Sequence record: SRR31156797_8157 | Direction: 5' to 3' (one strand) | Length of the DNA stretch: 46,961 nt | Part shown: positions 1 through 10,243 of the stretch, one piece after another | Layout of the letters: each line of letters opens with the position of its first letter | How positions within the stretch are numbered: position 1 is the first letter of the stretch | The notes under the pieces: model-generated | Told to the model about the DNA's origin: nothing | The model's database searches: none | Seen by the model: the letters and a program-made list of their open reading frames with translations, nothing else | Position numbers and translations under genes: made by a program

Positions 1-48
1 CGGATTGCAAATCCGTGGACCTCGGTTCGATTCCGGGAGGCGCCTCCA
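1..48 (+). tRNA. tRNA-Cys (GCA), 3' portion; 5' end lies outside the window
   Basis: Anticodon arm CGGA-TTGCAAA-TCCG, T-arm CTCGG-TTCGATT-CCGGG, acceptor 3' strand ending GGCGCCT-CCA at 48. Confidence 0.93.
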
Positions 49-145
49 TTTCGAAATCAAAAACTCCCTATCTAATAAGTTCCATATTTCAATTTCCCGA
101 AATTGTTTTTTAGCGACGGTTTTCTTATGCTTTATGCATATAAAT

Positions 146-171
146 AAAAAGGCCAGCATATGCTGACCCTT
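146..171 (-). terminator. Rho-independent terminator downstream of the BCCT gene
   Basis: Minus strand GGTCAGC-ATAT-GCTGGCC followed by TTTTT, about 35 nt after the BCCT stop. Confidence 0.75.
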
Positions 172-207
172 CTAATTAATATTCAAAGATCTTGAATGTA
201 TTGATGT

Positions 208-1785
208 TTAGTATAGATGTCGTTCTGAGTTCAGACCTTTTACTAAGCTTACACACATTAGAATCAATACAAATGTAAACGGCAGCGCAGTCGCAACGAC
301 ACCAGACTGTAATGCCTGAAGTGCTTCTTTACCACCAATCCAAAGCATTGCACCTGCAATCGCCCCTTCTACACTTGCCCAGAAGATACGCTGTGGTATC
401 GGTGCATCAATTTTTCCGCCCGCTGTAATGCTATCAATGACTAACGATCCTGAGTCTGATGATGTAATGAAGAATACCAAAATCAGAACGATAGAAATGA
501 TCGATATAATGTTGCTAAACGGTAAATGTTCATAAACATGGAACAGAGTCAGTGAGATATCGGTTAAACCGTTTGCACCAAGCTCGCCAACTTTGTTGAT
601 GACTTGATCAAGAGCTAGTCCGCCAAAAACACCCATCCAAACTGTGGTTAGTAGAGTAGGGATAAAGACGACTGCCAAAATAAATTCACGCACTGTACGA
701 CCCTTAGATACTCGTGCAATGAACATGCCTACGAATGGTGACCATGAAATCCACCATGCCCAGTAGAACACAGTCCAACCGTGCATCCAGGTTTCATCTT
801 CACGACCATGTGGGTTACTTAAACCGACAATATGTTCTGCGTACCCTTTAAAGGCGTCCATAATTGAAGTCATACTTAAGTTAAAAGTGACCGCAATAAC
901 AAAAATAAGTAGTGCAAACGCAAACGCCATGTTGATGTTACTTAGCATTTTAACGCCACCATCAATACCGCGAATTACAGACAGGATGGCAATACATGTA
1001 ACAAAGACGATTACACTCAATTGCATGCCTATGCCACCATCGGTGCCGAAGACGTAGTTAATACCACTTGTCGCTTGTTGCGCACCTAAGCCTAACGATG
1101 TTGCAAGACCAAACAGTGTCGCGAGTACCGCCATAATATCGATGGCATGGCCCAACCACCCCCAAGCTCGGTCCCCGAATACTGGATAGAAGACTGAACG
1201 AACTGACAGGGGAAGTCCCTTATTGAAAGCAAAAAAGGCTAAAGCCAAGGCTACAATCGCGTAGATTGCCCAACCATGAATGCCCCAGTGGAACATCGTT
1301 GCACCTAAAGCTAGAGATTTTGCTTCCGGAGTGTAAGCTTCTACGTTGAGTGGCGTGCCCCACCAATCCGTAAAATACGCTGTGGGCTCTGCCACACTCC
1401 AAAACAATAGGCCGATACCCATACCTGCAGCAAATAACATCGACATCCAAGAAACACGGGTGTGATCTGGAGTCGCGTCTTTACCACCAATACGAACTTT
1501 ACCTAATGGTGAGATAGCGACAATGAATGTGAAAAATAGAAAAAAGTTGGCAGACCACATAAATAAAAGATCAAAGTCTTCAATGATGCCGTTTTTAACT
1601 GAATTTAGCGCATTTTTTGCCGTGATTGGGTCAACAAACATAAGTGTTGATAAGAAAAGGATAATTAACCCTGCGCTAATGCCAAAAACAGGGTTGTGAA
1701 CATCAAAGCCCCATTTTTGCACGTTGTCCTGACCAACTTGATAGTCGGTCGTATCTATACTGTATTTTTTTAAAGCATCTTCCAT
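208..1785 (-). CDS. BCCT-family (betaine/choline/carnitine) transporter
   Basis: Motifs SMLFAAGMGIGL, FHWGIHGWAIY, WTVFYWAWWISWSPFVGMFIARVSKGRT, FFITSSDSG; ~12 TM segments. ATG at 1785 preferred over the TTG at 1812. Confidence 0.95.
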   Translation of the reverse strand: MEDALKKYSIDTTDYQVGQDNVQKWGFDVHNPVFGISAGLIILFLSTLMFVDPITAKNALNSVKNGIIEDFDLLFMWSANFFLFFTFIVAISPLGKVRIGGKDATPDHTRVSWMSMLFAAGMGIGLLFWSVAEPTAYFTDWWGTPLNVEAYTPEAKSLALGATMFHWGIHGWAIYAIVALALAFFAFNKGLPLSVRSVFYPVFGDRAWGWLGHAIDIMAVLATLFGLATSLGLGAQQATSGINYVFGTDGGIGMQLSVIVFVTCIAILSVIRGIDGGVKMLSNINMAFAFALLIFVIAVTFNLSMTSIMDAFKGYAEHIVGLSNPHGREDETWMHGWTVFYWAWWISWSPFVGMFIARVSKGRTVREFILAVVFIPTLLTTVWMGVFGGLALDQVINKVGELGANGLTDISLTLFHVYEHLPFSNIISIISIVLILVFFITSSDSGSLVIDSITAGGKIDAPIPQRIFWASVEGAIAGAMLWIGGKEALQALQSGVVATALPFTFVLILMCVSLVKGLNSERHLY

Positions 1786-2165
1786 AGGATTACTCAATTG
1801 TTTTGTGTTCAATGTATTTTTGCAATTAATAGCCGCTAAAAGATATGAATAAACTGGCTAATTGTTTAGTGTGCAAATTACTTTTGTGATGCGAATACTA
1901 AACTAAAGTGGCGTATATAGTCAAATTTATGCGGTTTGGTTACCATTTTTGTGTACTTTGTTAGGCGGTTTGAGATTGGATTTTGATATGTACACAAAAC
2001 ATTTTATTGCTGTTGGGATAGTTTACGTACTAACTATTTTTGTCATATTGTTTGCGTTGTTATGTGTGGGAAAACAAAGGAATGTGTTATGGTAAGCGGA
2101 TTCTGAGAGGTTGGGTGAACAATTGTTTTAGTCTGCCTTAAGTTATTGATTAAATGGCGGTCACC

Positions 2166-2642
2166 ATGGAAAAAATCGCGATTCTTGTTGATGTACAGAA
2201 CGTTTACTACACCTGTAAAGAGCGATATCAACTTAATTTCAACTACAATGCCTTTTGGCAAAAAGTGACTGAAGGGCGTTCAGTGGTTAAAGCGAATGCC
2301 TACGCTATTGCGAGTAAAGACGTGGGTCAACGTCAGTTCCATCACATCTTGCGTGGGATTGGTTTCGAAGTGGTATTGAAGCCTTATATACAGCGCCGAG
2401 ATGGCAGCGCAAAAGGGGATTGGGATGTCGGGATTACACTTGATGCTATAGAGTTGGCTGAACAAGCGGATGTGATTGTTTTGGTTTCTGGAGATGGTGA
2501 TTTCGATCTGCTTGCCAAAAGGATTCAGCATCGTTTCAACAAGCAGATAGAAGTGTATGGAGTCCCGGGTTTAACCGCAAACAGTTTGGTAGAAGCCGCG
2601 GATAAATACATTGCTATCGATGAAGAGTTATTGCTCTGGTAA
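2166..2642 (+). CDS. NYN-domain (LabA/DUF88, PIN-like) putative ribonuclease
   Basis: Acidic motifs LVDVQN, KGDWDVG, SGDGDF; start 2166 or 2154. Confidence 0.88.
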   Translation: MEKIAILVDVQNVYYTCKERYQLNFNYNAFWQKVTEGRSVVKANAYAIASKDVGQRQFHHILRGIGFEVVLKPYIQRRDGSAKGDWDVGITLDAIELAEQADVIVLVSGDGDFDLLAKRIQHRFNKQIEVYGVPGLTANSLVEAADKYIAIDEELLLW

Positions 2643-2801
2643 CTGTTCTACTTCAGGTTGAATGTTTTGAGCTTCCTCAGCTTCTAGCTTTGAGCGTTCA
2701 GCTTTAGATACATAACGAGGCTTATTACTCTTATGCAATTTTGCATTTTGTTTCTTAAGCTTCTTTTTTAGAATTTGATTGATCTTCTTCTTGCGGTTCA
2801 T
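2628..2801 (-). CDS. Small basic protein, DUF2986-like (57 aa); not in the supplied ORF track
   Basis: Hand translation MNRKKKINQILKKKLKKQNAKLHKSNKPRYVSKAERSKLEAEEAQNIQPEVEQLPEQ*; MNRKKKI...KPRYVSKAER is the pattern I recognise as DUF2986. Confidence 0.85.
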   Translation of the reverse strand: MNRKKKINQILKKKLKKQNAKLHKSNKPRYVSKAERSKLEAEEAQNIQPEVEQLPEQ

Positions 2802-2889
2802 AGTGTATATCTAGTGGAAAACATCTGGGGTGCGAGCTTAATGGTTTTATCTCATAAGCTCAATAGAGAAGAGTCAATGAGAGGATATT

Positions 2890-3276
2890 GTGAAAAACAA
2901 AAGTAGTATTTTGACAGGCTCTCTATACACAGAATTTAGAACGGTTTCATTGATGATAGAGCTCTATTGCAAGCACCATCATAATGAAACGGGGTTATGT
3001 AACGAATGCAGTTCATTACGCGATTATGCTGAAATCCGCCTTGACCGGTGTCCTTATGGACAAGATAAACCAACTTGTAACAAGTGTCCTATCCACTGTT
3101 ACAAGCCGGAGCCAAAGCAAATGATGAGAGCGGTAATGCGTTATTCAGGTCCTAGAATGTTACTGCCACATCCTATTCTTGCGATACGTCATCTGTTACA
3201 TGAACGCAAGTCTGTTCCCAAAAACATAGAGAAAAACGCTTCTAACCGCCATAAACGGCTCAAAGTATCAAAATAA
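2890..3276 (+). CDS. YgbA-like (nitrous oxide-stimulated promoter family) Cys/His-rich protein
   Basis: MIELYCKHHH, CNEC, RLDRCPYG-KPTCNKCPIHCY, MRYSGPRMLL-HP; SD GAGG before GTG. Confidence 0.88.
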   Translation: MKNKSSILTGSLYTEFRTVSLMIELYCKHHHNETGLCNECSSLRDYAEIRLDRCPYGQDKPTCNKCPIHCYKPEPKQMMRAVMRYSGPRMLLPHPILAIRHLLHERKSVPKNIEKNASNRHKRLKVSK

Positions 3277-3279
3277 CAT

Positions 3280-4440
3280 TTATTCTCCAGCAACAAGCTG
3301 CTGTTTGGTTTTGATGCTAGCCAATAGCATGTAAAAACAAGTTGCTAATTGAACAACGAACAGGTAACCGAGTACTCCTTGACCTAATTCAATAAAGCGG
3401 TCAGCGATAATTGGTCCTAATACCGAGCCGACACTGTAGCTGAACAACATCACTTGTGTCGCGGATACAATGTATTGCGCATTGAGTTTGTCGCAGCCTA
3501 AGTTAATTGCGATAGGGTAAATGGCGAACGTTGCCATACCGAGTAAAAATAGACTGACCGCCAGGATATTTGTGCTTGAATCAAGCAGCGGAAGTATTAC
3601 CGCAGCTGAGCCGATCAAACAGAACAGTGCCATTAATAGAGTACGACCAAGAAACTTTGATAGCCAAGGCACGGTTGGTTGAACGATCATCCCACCCAAG
3701 ATAACCAGTGCAAGTAAGCTACCCATTTCAGAAGTGTCTAATCCACGGCTTTTTAGTTCTACGGGCATTAAACCGTAGATTGCACCAAGCGTGAGACCTG
3801 AGACCAAACATCCCATCAGTGCTGCATGGTTCAGTTTCGTCATTTGCCGCAATGAAAGTGCAACAGACTGCTCTACTAAAGGTTGTTGTGCTTTTCCAAA
3901 AATAAGTACAACCGAAGCTAACACAAGTAATGCTGAGATGGATAGAAAGGGTAGAACACCACTAATGCCAACATAGGTAATACCAAGTTGCCCTACCGCA
4001 GATCCACCATAGAGTGCAGCCATATATATTCCGAGACGTTTTGCGCGGTTTGATTCGTCGCCATGCAGCAACCAAGATTCAACAACCACAAATATCCCTG
4101 CTACAGCGATACCTGCAATAAAGCGCGATACTAGCCAAACGATTGAAGTCGGCAATAACGGTAAGGCTAATATTGAGATTAATAATATCAACAAAAAGGC
4201 AATAAACGCATTTCGATGACCAATACGATTTACCACTGGTTCAACGAAAATAGCGCCAAGTAAAAGTCCGGCATAAAAGACACTCGCGAGCCAACTGGCT
4301 AGGTTGGTGTCTAGTTCAAAATAGGGCAACATCAGTGGCACCAAACTCATCAAATAGCCTGATGCTACAGCGTAAAATGTCAAAGCAATCACAGGCACAG
4401 TGATGCGCTGCGAAGGAGTAGTGTCCAGCAGGTTTTCCAA
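3280..4440 (-). CDS. MFS transporter (YcaD-like)
   Basis: 12 hydrophobic segments, RFIAG..AGIFVVVESWL, GGMIVQP, YPIAI motifs. Confidence 0.88.
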   Translation of the reverse strand: MENLLDTTPSQRITVPVIALTFYAVASGYLMSLVPLMLPYFELDTNLASWLASVFYAGLLLGAIFVEPVVNRIGHRNAFIAFLLILLISILALPLLPTSIVWLVSRFIAGIAVAGIFVVVESWLLHGDESNRAKRLGIYMAALYGGSAVGQLGITYVGISGVLPFLSISALLVLASVVLIFGKAQQPLVEQSVALSLRQMTKLNHAALMGCLVSGLTLGAIYGLMPVELKSRGLDTSEMGSLLALVILGGMIVQPTVPWLSKFLGRTLLMALFCLIGSAAVILPLLDSSTNILAVSLFLLGMATFAIYPIAINLGCDKLNAQYIVSATQVMLFSYSVGSVLGPIIADRFIELGQGVLGYLFVVQLATCFYMLLASIKTKQQLVAGE

Positions 4441-4635
4441 CGACGTCGTCCCAAAAATTAGAGAAAATAGAACAATTTTGGCGGCGAATATGAGACTTGA
4501 GGGATAAAAGGTAAAACGAAAAATTGTGATCTTTACGATTAAATATATTTATCGTTACTAAGAAGGGTATAAATCGATATTAAGTTGGCGCAATTAGCGT
4601 AAAAAGGCCAACTTAATTGTACTTTATATTAGTGT

Positions 4636-5070
4636 CTATTTAGACAGTGCCTGATTAAGCCACTGATCAAATTGAGACTTTGGCAGCGCGCCATTGATCA
4701 CGTCAACGCGTTGACCGCCTTTAAATACCATTACGGTTGGAATACTTCTTATCTGAAATTTTGCGGCAAGGTTTTGCTGGCTCTCAGTATCCACTTTGAC
4801 AAATCGAACGCTTCCTTTACGCTCACTCGCTACGTCAGAAAACACTGGGGCAAAACCAACACACGGGTTACACCATGGGGCCCAGAAATCAACGACGACA
4901 GGTTGACTACTGTTTAAAATCGATTCGAAATTCGCTTCGGTGCCCTCAACTGGCGATCCATCGAGAAGCGGTTGCTGGCATTTTCCGCAACTTGGGCTTT
5001 CGCTAACACGTTCGACAGGGACTCGGTTTAATCCCTGACAGGATGGGCAGCGAGTGTTGAAGGTTGACAT
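4636..5070 (-). CDS. trxC: Thioredoxin 2 (Zn-finger N-terminus)
   Basis: N-terminal CPSC...CGKC zinc site, VVDFWAPWCNPC active site, IRSIPT cis-Pro loop; ATG at 5070 with SD AGAGGA. Confidence 0.93.
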   Translation of the reverse strand: MSTFNTRCPSCQGLNRVPVERVSESPSCGKCQQPLLDGSPVEGTEANFESILNSSQPVVVDFWAPWCNPCVGFAPVFSDVASERKGSVRFVKVDTESQQNLAAKFQIRSIPTVMVFKGGQRVDVINGALPKSQFDQWLNQALSK

Positions 5071-5204
5071 AGGCTTCCTCTTATTTTTGTTGTACTTAAC
5101 TCTTGAGTGCAAATAGGCGTATAATTCACCTTCTGCTCTTGAGTATATATCTTGGGGCAACCAAATATAAAACAATAGATAATGACTATAAATCCGGAAC
5201 AACA

Positions 5205-6290
5205 ATGACCAAATTTTTTGCTGAAATCACTGGCTGGGGAAAATGCCTGCCTCCAGCTACACTGTCTAACGAAGACTTAGGTACCTTCCTGGAAACCAAT
5301 GACGAGTGGATCCGAACTCGCACGGGGATTGAGAATCGTCGCATTAGCCATGTTAACACTTCTGAGCTTGCGACGGTTGCCGCTAAACATGCACTGGCTT
5401 GCGCAGGACTTGACGCAAGCGATATTGACTTGATTATTGTCGCGACTTGCTCACCGGATACCTTGATTCCCAATATCGCTTCTAAAGTTCAACAAAACCT
5501 TGGCAATAAGGGTGCTGCTGCATTTGATATGAACGCAGCTTGTACAGGCTTTCTATACAGCTTAGAAACAGCGACACGTATGATTCAAGCGGGCAACTAT
5601 AAACATGCATTGATTATTGGAGCCGAGCGTTTGTCTTTCTACTTAGATTGGACAAAACGTGATACAGCAGTGCTGTTTGGTGATGGAGCCGGTGCCGCAG
5701 TGCTTTCACGTACTGAAGAAGATTTAGGCTTACAGCAAGCGCAAATTGGTTGTGATGCTGAAGGCCGTGATATTTTGGCCGTACCAGAATTTGGTACGGC
5801 AATGGATCGTTTTGCTGCTGATAATGGCTATTGGGATTTTAACTTTATCGGTAAAGATATCTTTAAGCGAGCGGTTCGAGGTATGGGGGCCGCTTCTAAG
5901 CAAGTATTGGCGAATAGTGGTTTGAACAACCAAGATATTGATGTAGTGATACCTCATCAAGCGAATATCCGCATTATCCAAACACTTTGTGATGTGTCAG
6001 GCATTAGTCAGGATAAAGCATTCGTCAACATTCAGAACTACGGCAACACCTCTGCCGCGACAGTGCCGATTGCACTGTGCGAAGCGTTAGAGCAGCACAG
6101 AATTAAACCAAACGACAATTTGCTAGTAGCAGCGTTTGGTGCTGGCTTAACCTGGGGAGCTGGTCACATTAAATGGGGACAACGAGTGACTCCAATAAGA
6201 GCATCTGAAGCAGCCCTACCAGATTCAGATAAATCAGCATTAGAGCTATTACAAGTCGCGATAGAACATTGTAAAAGCCGAGTAGCATAA
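5205..6290 (+). CDS. fabH: 3-oxoacyl-ACP synthase III, second paralog (FabH2)
   Basis: [15 protein letters not shown] (Cys), PHQAN (His), YGNTSAA (Asn), [11 protein letters not shown] at 5205. Confidence 0.95.
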   Translation: MTKFFAEITGWGKCLPPATLSNEDLGTFLETNDEWIRTRTGIENRRISHVNTSELATVAAKHALACAGLDASDIDLIIVATCSPDTLIPNIASKVQQNLGNKGAAAFDMNAACTGFLYSLETATRMIQAGNYKHALIIGAERLSFYLDWTKRDTAVLFGDGAGAAVLSRTEEDLGLQQAQIGCDAEGRDILAVPEFGTAMDRFAADNGYWDFNFIGKDIFKRAVRGMGAASKQVLANSGLNNQDIDVVIPHQANIRIIQTLCDVSGISQDKAFVNIQNYGNTSAATVPIALCEALEQHRIKPNDNLLVAAFGAGLTWGAGHIKWGQRVTPIRASEAALPDSDKSALELLQVAIEHCKSRVA

Positions 6291-6314
6291 TTAGCTGCAT
6301 CGTTTAATGTTATT

Positions 6315-6348
6315 AAAAACGCCCAGAGCTGAAGCTCAGGGCGTTTTT
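6315..6348 (+). terminator. Rho-independent terminator after fabH (A-tract and T-tract on both sides)
   Basis: AAAAACGCCC-AGAGCTGAAGCTCA-GGGCGTTTTT. Confidence 0.85.
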
Positions 6349-6956
6349 GTATCCGAGTCAACAAGCATTTCACTGATCCATATCGGACAACATTAGGTTT
6401 ATCACTGATGAAATGTTGGCATGGTAGGGGGCAGTATCTATGTCCTACACATATCAAATGTCGCATAGCAAATTTGTTCATCGTTATAACAACAGCTTGG
6501 CCTGTGCTAGTTAGTTATAAAGATTATATTTATTGCTGACTATCTAGTTACTTAGTGCCGATTAAACCAAAGCCTATATTTATAAAAGTTTAAATAGCGC
6601 CTGTCAGTTTTGAAAGATAGTAAATATAAGAAAAATCTGACACAGATAGGCGTAGAATAAAGAACTTCAACATTACATAATTCAGTTCCCTTGTAGGGTA
6701 AAATATTGAACTGACGTTTTGCTGATGATTGTTAGAAACAGACAACTTTTTTGATTTATCTCAGTTAAGTTTCTAGCTTGTTTTTAATGACACTATTTTT
6801 ACGTCTCATAAAGAATACCAACAGACAATTAACACAAACTCTGTCGTTGTTTCACTATATATATTCTACACTTACAGATAATCATGCGGATTCATATGCG
6901 TTACTTATTGGTGTATGATTCGCGCTACTAAATCAAGAAGTAAAGGCAAGTGGAAT

Positions 6957-8372
6957 ATGGCAGCAAGTAAAGTCCTAAAGATTGCAGATGATGGTTATGC
7001 GACAGTATTAAAACTTGTCGATTTTTTGATCATCAACTTATCCATGTCTGCACTTGTGGAGTTGCTTGGTGAGCATGAAACGGCAATAGATATTACAGCT
7101 GGGTTTATTTTCTCAACTATTTTTTTATTAGCTGGAGAATATTGCCATTTATATTCCTACCGAACATTACGTCGGGTTCGTGAATCCGTTAAACGTATTT
7201 GTTTTACATTGCTGATTGCTTGTGCGGTCATGAAAGTCGTCCGCTTTGCTTTCCACAATGTCGAAGGGGTTGAGATCAGTCACTTAACGCCAAGCGTCTT
7301 TAACACTTGGTACCTACTTCTGTTTGTCGTGTTAATCGTCCTTCACTTAATGCCAATACTGGTGGTAAGAACGTACCGTCGAACCAACAATATTAAAAAA
7401 CGCATTGCGATTGTCGGTATGACAAAAGGTGGCTTAGCAACAGAACGTTCGCTACTCAAAGAGTACAACTCCGGAAGTATTGATATTAAATTTTATGACG
7501 ATCGTGGTGAGAATCGTTTTGGTTATATCACACGTACACCTTATGCCGGTAAAGTGGACGAGCTATTGCAGCTCGCTCGTCAAGGTGATGTGGATGAAGT
7601 GTATATTGCACTGCCTATGGTGGCTAAAGATAGAATTCGCGATTATTTAGAGCAGTTGTCTGATAGTACGGTGGATACCTATTTAGTCCCTGACCTTTAT
7701 ACCTACAATCTCAGTATCTCTAGTATCAAGTCGATGGATGGGGTGCAGATGTTTAGCGTGTTTGCGTCACCATTTGATGGAGTGGGCGCGGCCATTAAGC
7801 GTGTTGAAGACATCATTATTGGATCGATTATCACTTTGATGATTTCGCCTATTCTGCTTGCTGTCGCGGTTGGCGTAAAAATGAGTTCTCCAGGTCCAAT
7901 TTTGTTTAAGCAGGATCGTTATGGCCTGGGTGGCAAGAAGATCAAAGTGTGGAAGTTTCGCTCAATGAAGGTGATGGAGAATAGTGACGTTGTCACTCAG
8001 GCAACTAAAAACGATCCACGTGTGACGAAATTTGGTGCTTTTATCCGCCGTACGTCATTAGATGAGCTACCACAGTTTATCAACGTGTTGACCGGGCAAA
8101 TGTCGATTGTTGGACCAAGACCTCATGCAGTGGCTCATAATGAGCAATATCGGAAAATTGTCGATAACTATATGATTCGACATAAAATTAAGCCAGGTAT
8201 TACCGGTTGGGCTCAGATCAACGGCTACCGCGGTGAAACAGAAACCGTCGACAAAATGGAAAAGCGTATTCAATACGATATTCAGTACCTGCATGATTGG
8301 TCATTATGGCTGGATTTAAAGATTATTTTCCTGACCGTATTTAAAGGCTTTGTGAGTGAAACTGCATACTAG
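6957..8372 (+). CDS. wcaJ: Undecaprenyl-phosphate glucose phosphotransferase (WcaJ/VpsL/CpsA-type initiating transferase)
   Basis: 4 N-terminal TMs, central Rossmann-like region, [51 protein letters not shown]-terminal AY; ATG 6957 (alt 6915). Confidence 0.93.
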   Translation: MAASKVLKIADDGYATVLKLVDFLIINLSMSALVELLGEHETAIDITAGFIFSTIFLLAGEYCHLYSYRTLRRVRESVKRICFTLLIACAVMKVVRFAFHNVEGVEISHLTPSVFNTWYLLLFVVLIVLHLMPILVVRTYRRTNNIKKRIAIVGMTKGGLATERSLLKEYNSGSIDIKFYDDRGENRFGYITRTPYAGKVDELLQLARQGDVDEVYIALPMVAKDRIRDYLEQLSDSTVDTYLVPDLYTYNLSISSIKSMDGVQMFSVFASPFDGVGAAIKRVEDIIIGSIITLMISPILLAVAVGVKMSSPGPILFKQDRYGLGGKKIKVWKFRSMKVMENSDVVTQATKNDPRVTKFGAFIRRTSLDELPQFINVLTGQMSIVGPRPHAVAHNEQYRKIVDNYMIRHKIKPGITGWAQINGYRGETETVDKMEKRIQYDIQYLHDWSLWLDLKIIFLTVFKGFVSETAY

Positions 8373-9651
8373 AGCGATCAGTTATTGGCTTGTGTTGGTT
8401 ACCCCTTTGGCTTATGCCGATTTGAAACCCAAATCGCATATTGGCGTGGCAGGAATAGATTTTCAAAGTAGGGTCGGAGCCTCTTATGGTTCTGATGACA
8501 ATGTGACGCATCAGGTCGATGGCAATAACGCTGTTGAATCTAACTATTGGACGGTTTCTCCTGAACTTAAAGCTATAGGAGAGCGAGGCGAAGATCAGTA
8601 TTTGTTCCTCTATCAAGGGGACTACAACCGTTATGAAGATTCTTCGCCAGATGACTCAGACCGACATTTTATGATGTTCGATGGCAGTTGGCGTTATGGA
8701 TTAAGACACGGGCTGAAGTGGAACATTCAACAAAGTTACGGTGAAGAAGAACGTGGGCTTGGATTAACAGAAGGGTTTGATCACCGTCAGATGAATCAAT
8801 ATGGTTTTGAACAAGACGGTGCCCAGTACGAGCAATTCAATACCAGTTTACGTTATAGCTATGGAGCGCCTAAGGGGCGCGGTAAGTTAGATGTGATGTT
8901 GCAAACCAAAACATTCGACTATCAGGATACTGATCAAATACGTGCGGCAAATAACGACTTCTATCAGTATGTTGTTGAACAGCAATGGCAGGAAACAACA
9001 GGTCTTGTTGAGCTGTTTGATCAATACAGTGACGATAGTCGTTTTAGGTATAGCTTCATTACTAATCGACGCCGTTATGAAGCGAATAATCGTAAAGACA
9101 GCGACGAATATTATTTAATGTTCGGTGTGAAAAGCGTTCGCAGTAGCAAAACAACCATTGAAGCGGATGTGGCTGCTTTGTACAAAACATTCCCTGAAAA
9201 TGACGGCTCAGAAAGTTTCTTGGGGGCTAACTGGGACGCTTCTATTGAATGGAAACCACTTAAGCACTCGATTTGGACACTGCACTCTGCACAGCGAGTA
9301 AAAGATCCAAGGCAAGAAGGCGGTTACATTTTGGATGGTATTTACGGTATTTCATGGAAGCACCACTGGTGGGTCGATCGCTTGACGACGACATTCAGCT
9401 ATCAATATGAGACGGAAGATTATCGAATGGAAGATAACAACCGTTTTGATAAAACCAAGACGGCGAAGTTCGCTGTTGGGTATGACTTTAGACCTTCTGT
9501 TCGTTTTGAATTCAATTATCAATGGCAAGAATTCAAATCAAATGAAGAGACAGACATTTTAAACATTGGTGAGTTTGACCAATATTCAATAGTTAGACGA
9601 TTGGGTTATCAGCAATCGATGATTGAGTTTCAGTTAAAGGTACAGATATAG
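8356..9651 (+). CDS. Outer-membrane beta-barrel protein of EPS export (VpsM/CpsB-like)
   Basis: Signal peptide ending LAYA, alternating aromatic/hydrophobic beta-strands, position between wcaJ and the OPX gene; GTG overlaps the wcaJ end. Confidence 0.8.
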   Translation: MKLHTRAISYWLVLVTPLAYADLKPKSHIGVAGIDFQSRVGASYGSDDNVTHQVDGNNAVESNYWTVSPELKAIGERGEDQYLFLYQGDYNRYEDSSPDDSDRHFMMFDGSWRYGLRHGLKWNIQQSYGEEERGLGLTEGFDHRQMNQYGFEQDGAQYEQFNTSLRYSYGAPKGRGKLDVMLQTKTFDYQDTDQIRAANNDFYQYVVEQQWQETTGLVELFDQYSDDSRFRYSFITNRRRYEANNRKDSDEYYLMFGVKSVRSSKTTIEADVAALYKTFPENDGSESFLGANWDASIEWKPLKHSIWTLHSAQRVKDPRQEGGYILDGIYGISWKHHWWVDRLTTTFSYQYETEDYRMEDNNRFDKTKTAKFAVGYDFRPSVRFEFNYQWQEFKSNEETDILNIGEFDQYSIVRRLGYQQSMIEFQLKVQI

Positions 9652-10242
9652 ATGCGAGTATGGTTTGTATTGTTGTTCACAGCTTTTCTATCAATGTCAG
9701 CCATAGCTGAGGTAGAACACAGTGAATCGAGTAGTTCGGCTTCGTCTGTCGCGGCTGAGCAGGGTAAACAAAATCAAGATGAGTTAGACGATTACATGTT
9801 GGGTACCGGAGATCGCATAGACATTATTGTTTATGGCGAACCGGATATGTCAATGAAGTTCAAAGTCAGCAAATCTGGTGTGGTGAATTTTCCCTACATT
9901 GGCGAAGTTCAAATCACGGGTCGTACTCCAAGCGCCATTGAACAAGAGATCGAAGAGCGATTAAGAGGCCACTATCTGATCAACCCAATGGTGACCATTA
10001 ACATGGAATCGTTCCGACTATTTTATGTGACGGGTGAGGTCACTTCGCCAAATGGATATGAATACCATCCCGCGTTAACAGTTGAACAGGCTATTGCAAT
10101 GGCTGGCGGTTTTACTGATCGCGCTGACCGCGACGATATAAATATTCGTCAAAGTGGGTCAAAAGAACTAATTGAAGATGTTGAGCTGACTCACCCAGTG
10201 CAGCCTGGCGATATCGTAATTATTGAGCAGAGTTTTTTCTAA
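9652..10242 (+). CDS. Short OPX / polysaccharide export protein (VpsN-like; Poly_export + SLBB)
   Basis: YMLGTGDRIDIIVYGEPD, G.VNFPYIG, VTGEV..P, AIAMAGGFT, VQPGDIVII; Sec signal without lipobox Cys. Confidence 0.9.
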   Translation: MRVWFVLLFTAFLSMSAIAEVEHSESSSSASSVAAEQGKQNQDELDDYMLGTGDRIDIIVYGEPDMSMKFKVSKSGVVNFPYIGEVQITGRTPSAIEQEIEERLRGHYLINPMVTINMESFRLFYVTGEVTSPNGYEYHPALTVEQAIAMAGGFTDRADRDDINIRQSGSKELIEDVELTHPVQPGDIVIIEQSFF

Positions 10243-10243
10243 T

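Noticed and set aside
1-207. tRNA-Cys as the attachment site of a genomic island
   Set aside because: No integrase follows and I found no convincing repeat of the tRNA 3' end in the window; downstream genes look like ordinary chromosomal genes
1795-1815. BetI operator upstream of the BCCT gene
   Set aside because: ATTG-N8-TCAAT does not match the spacing of the BetI palindrome
5071-5205. N-terminal extensions of TrxC (from 5205) and FabH (from 5103) in the ORF track
   Set aside because: They overlap each other across the divergent promoter; internal ATGs with SD-like sequences match the family lengths
6350-6956. JUMPstart/ops (RfaH) element or c-di-GMP riboswitch ahead of the EPS operon
   Set aside because: No GGCGGTAG and no recognisable GEMM motif seen
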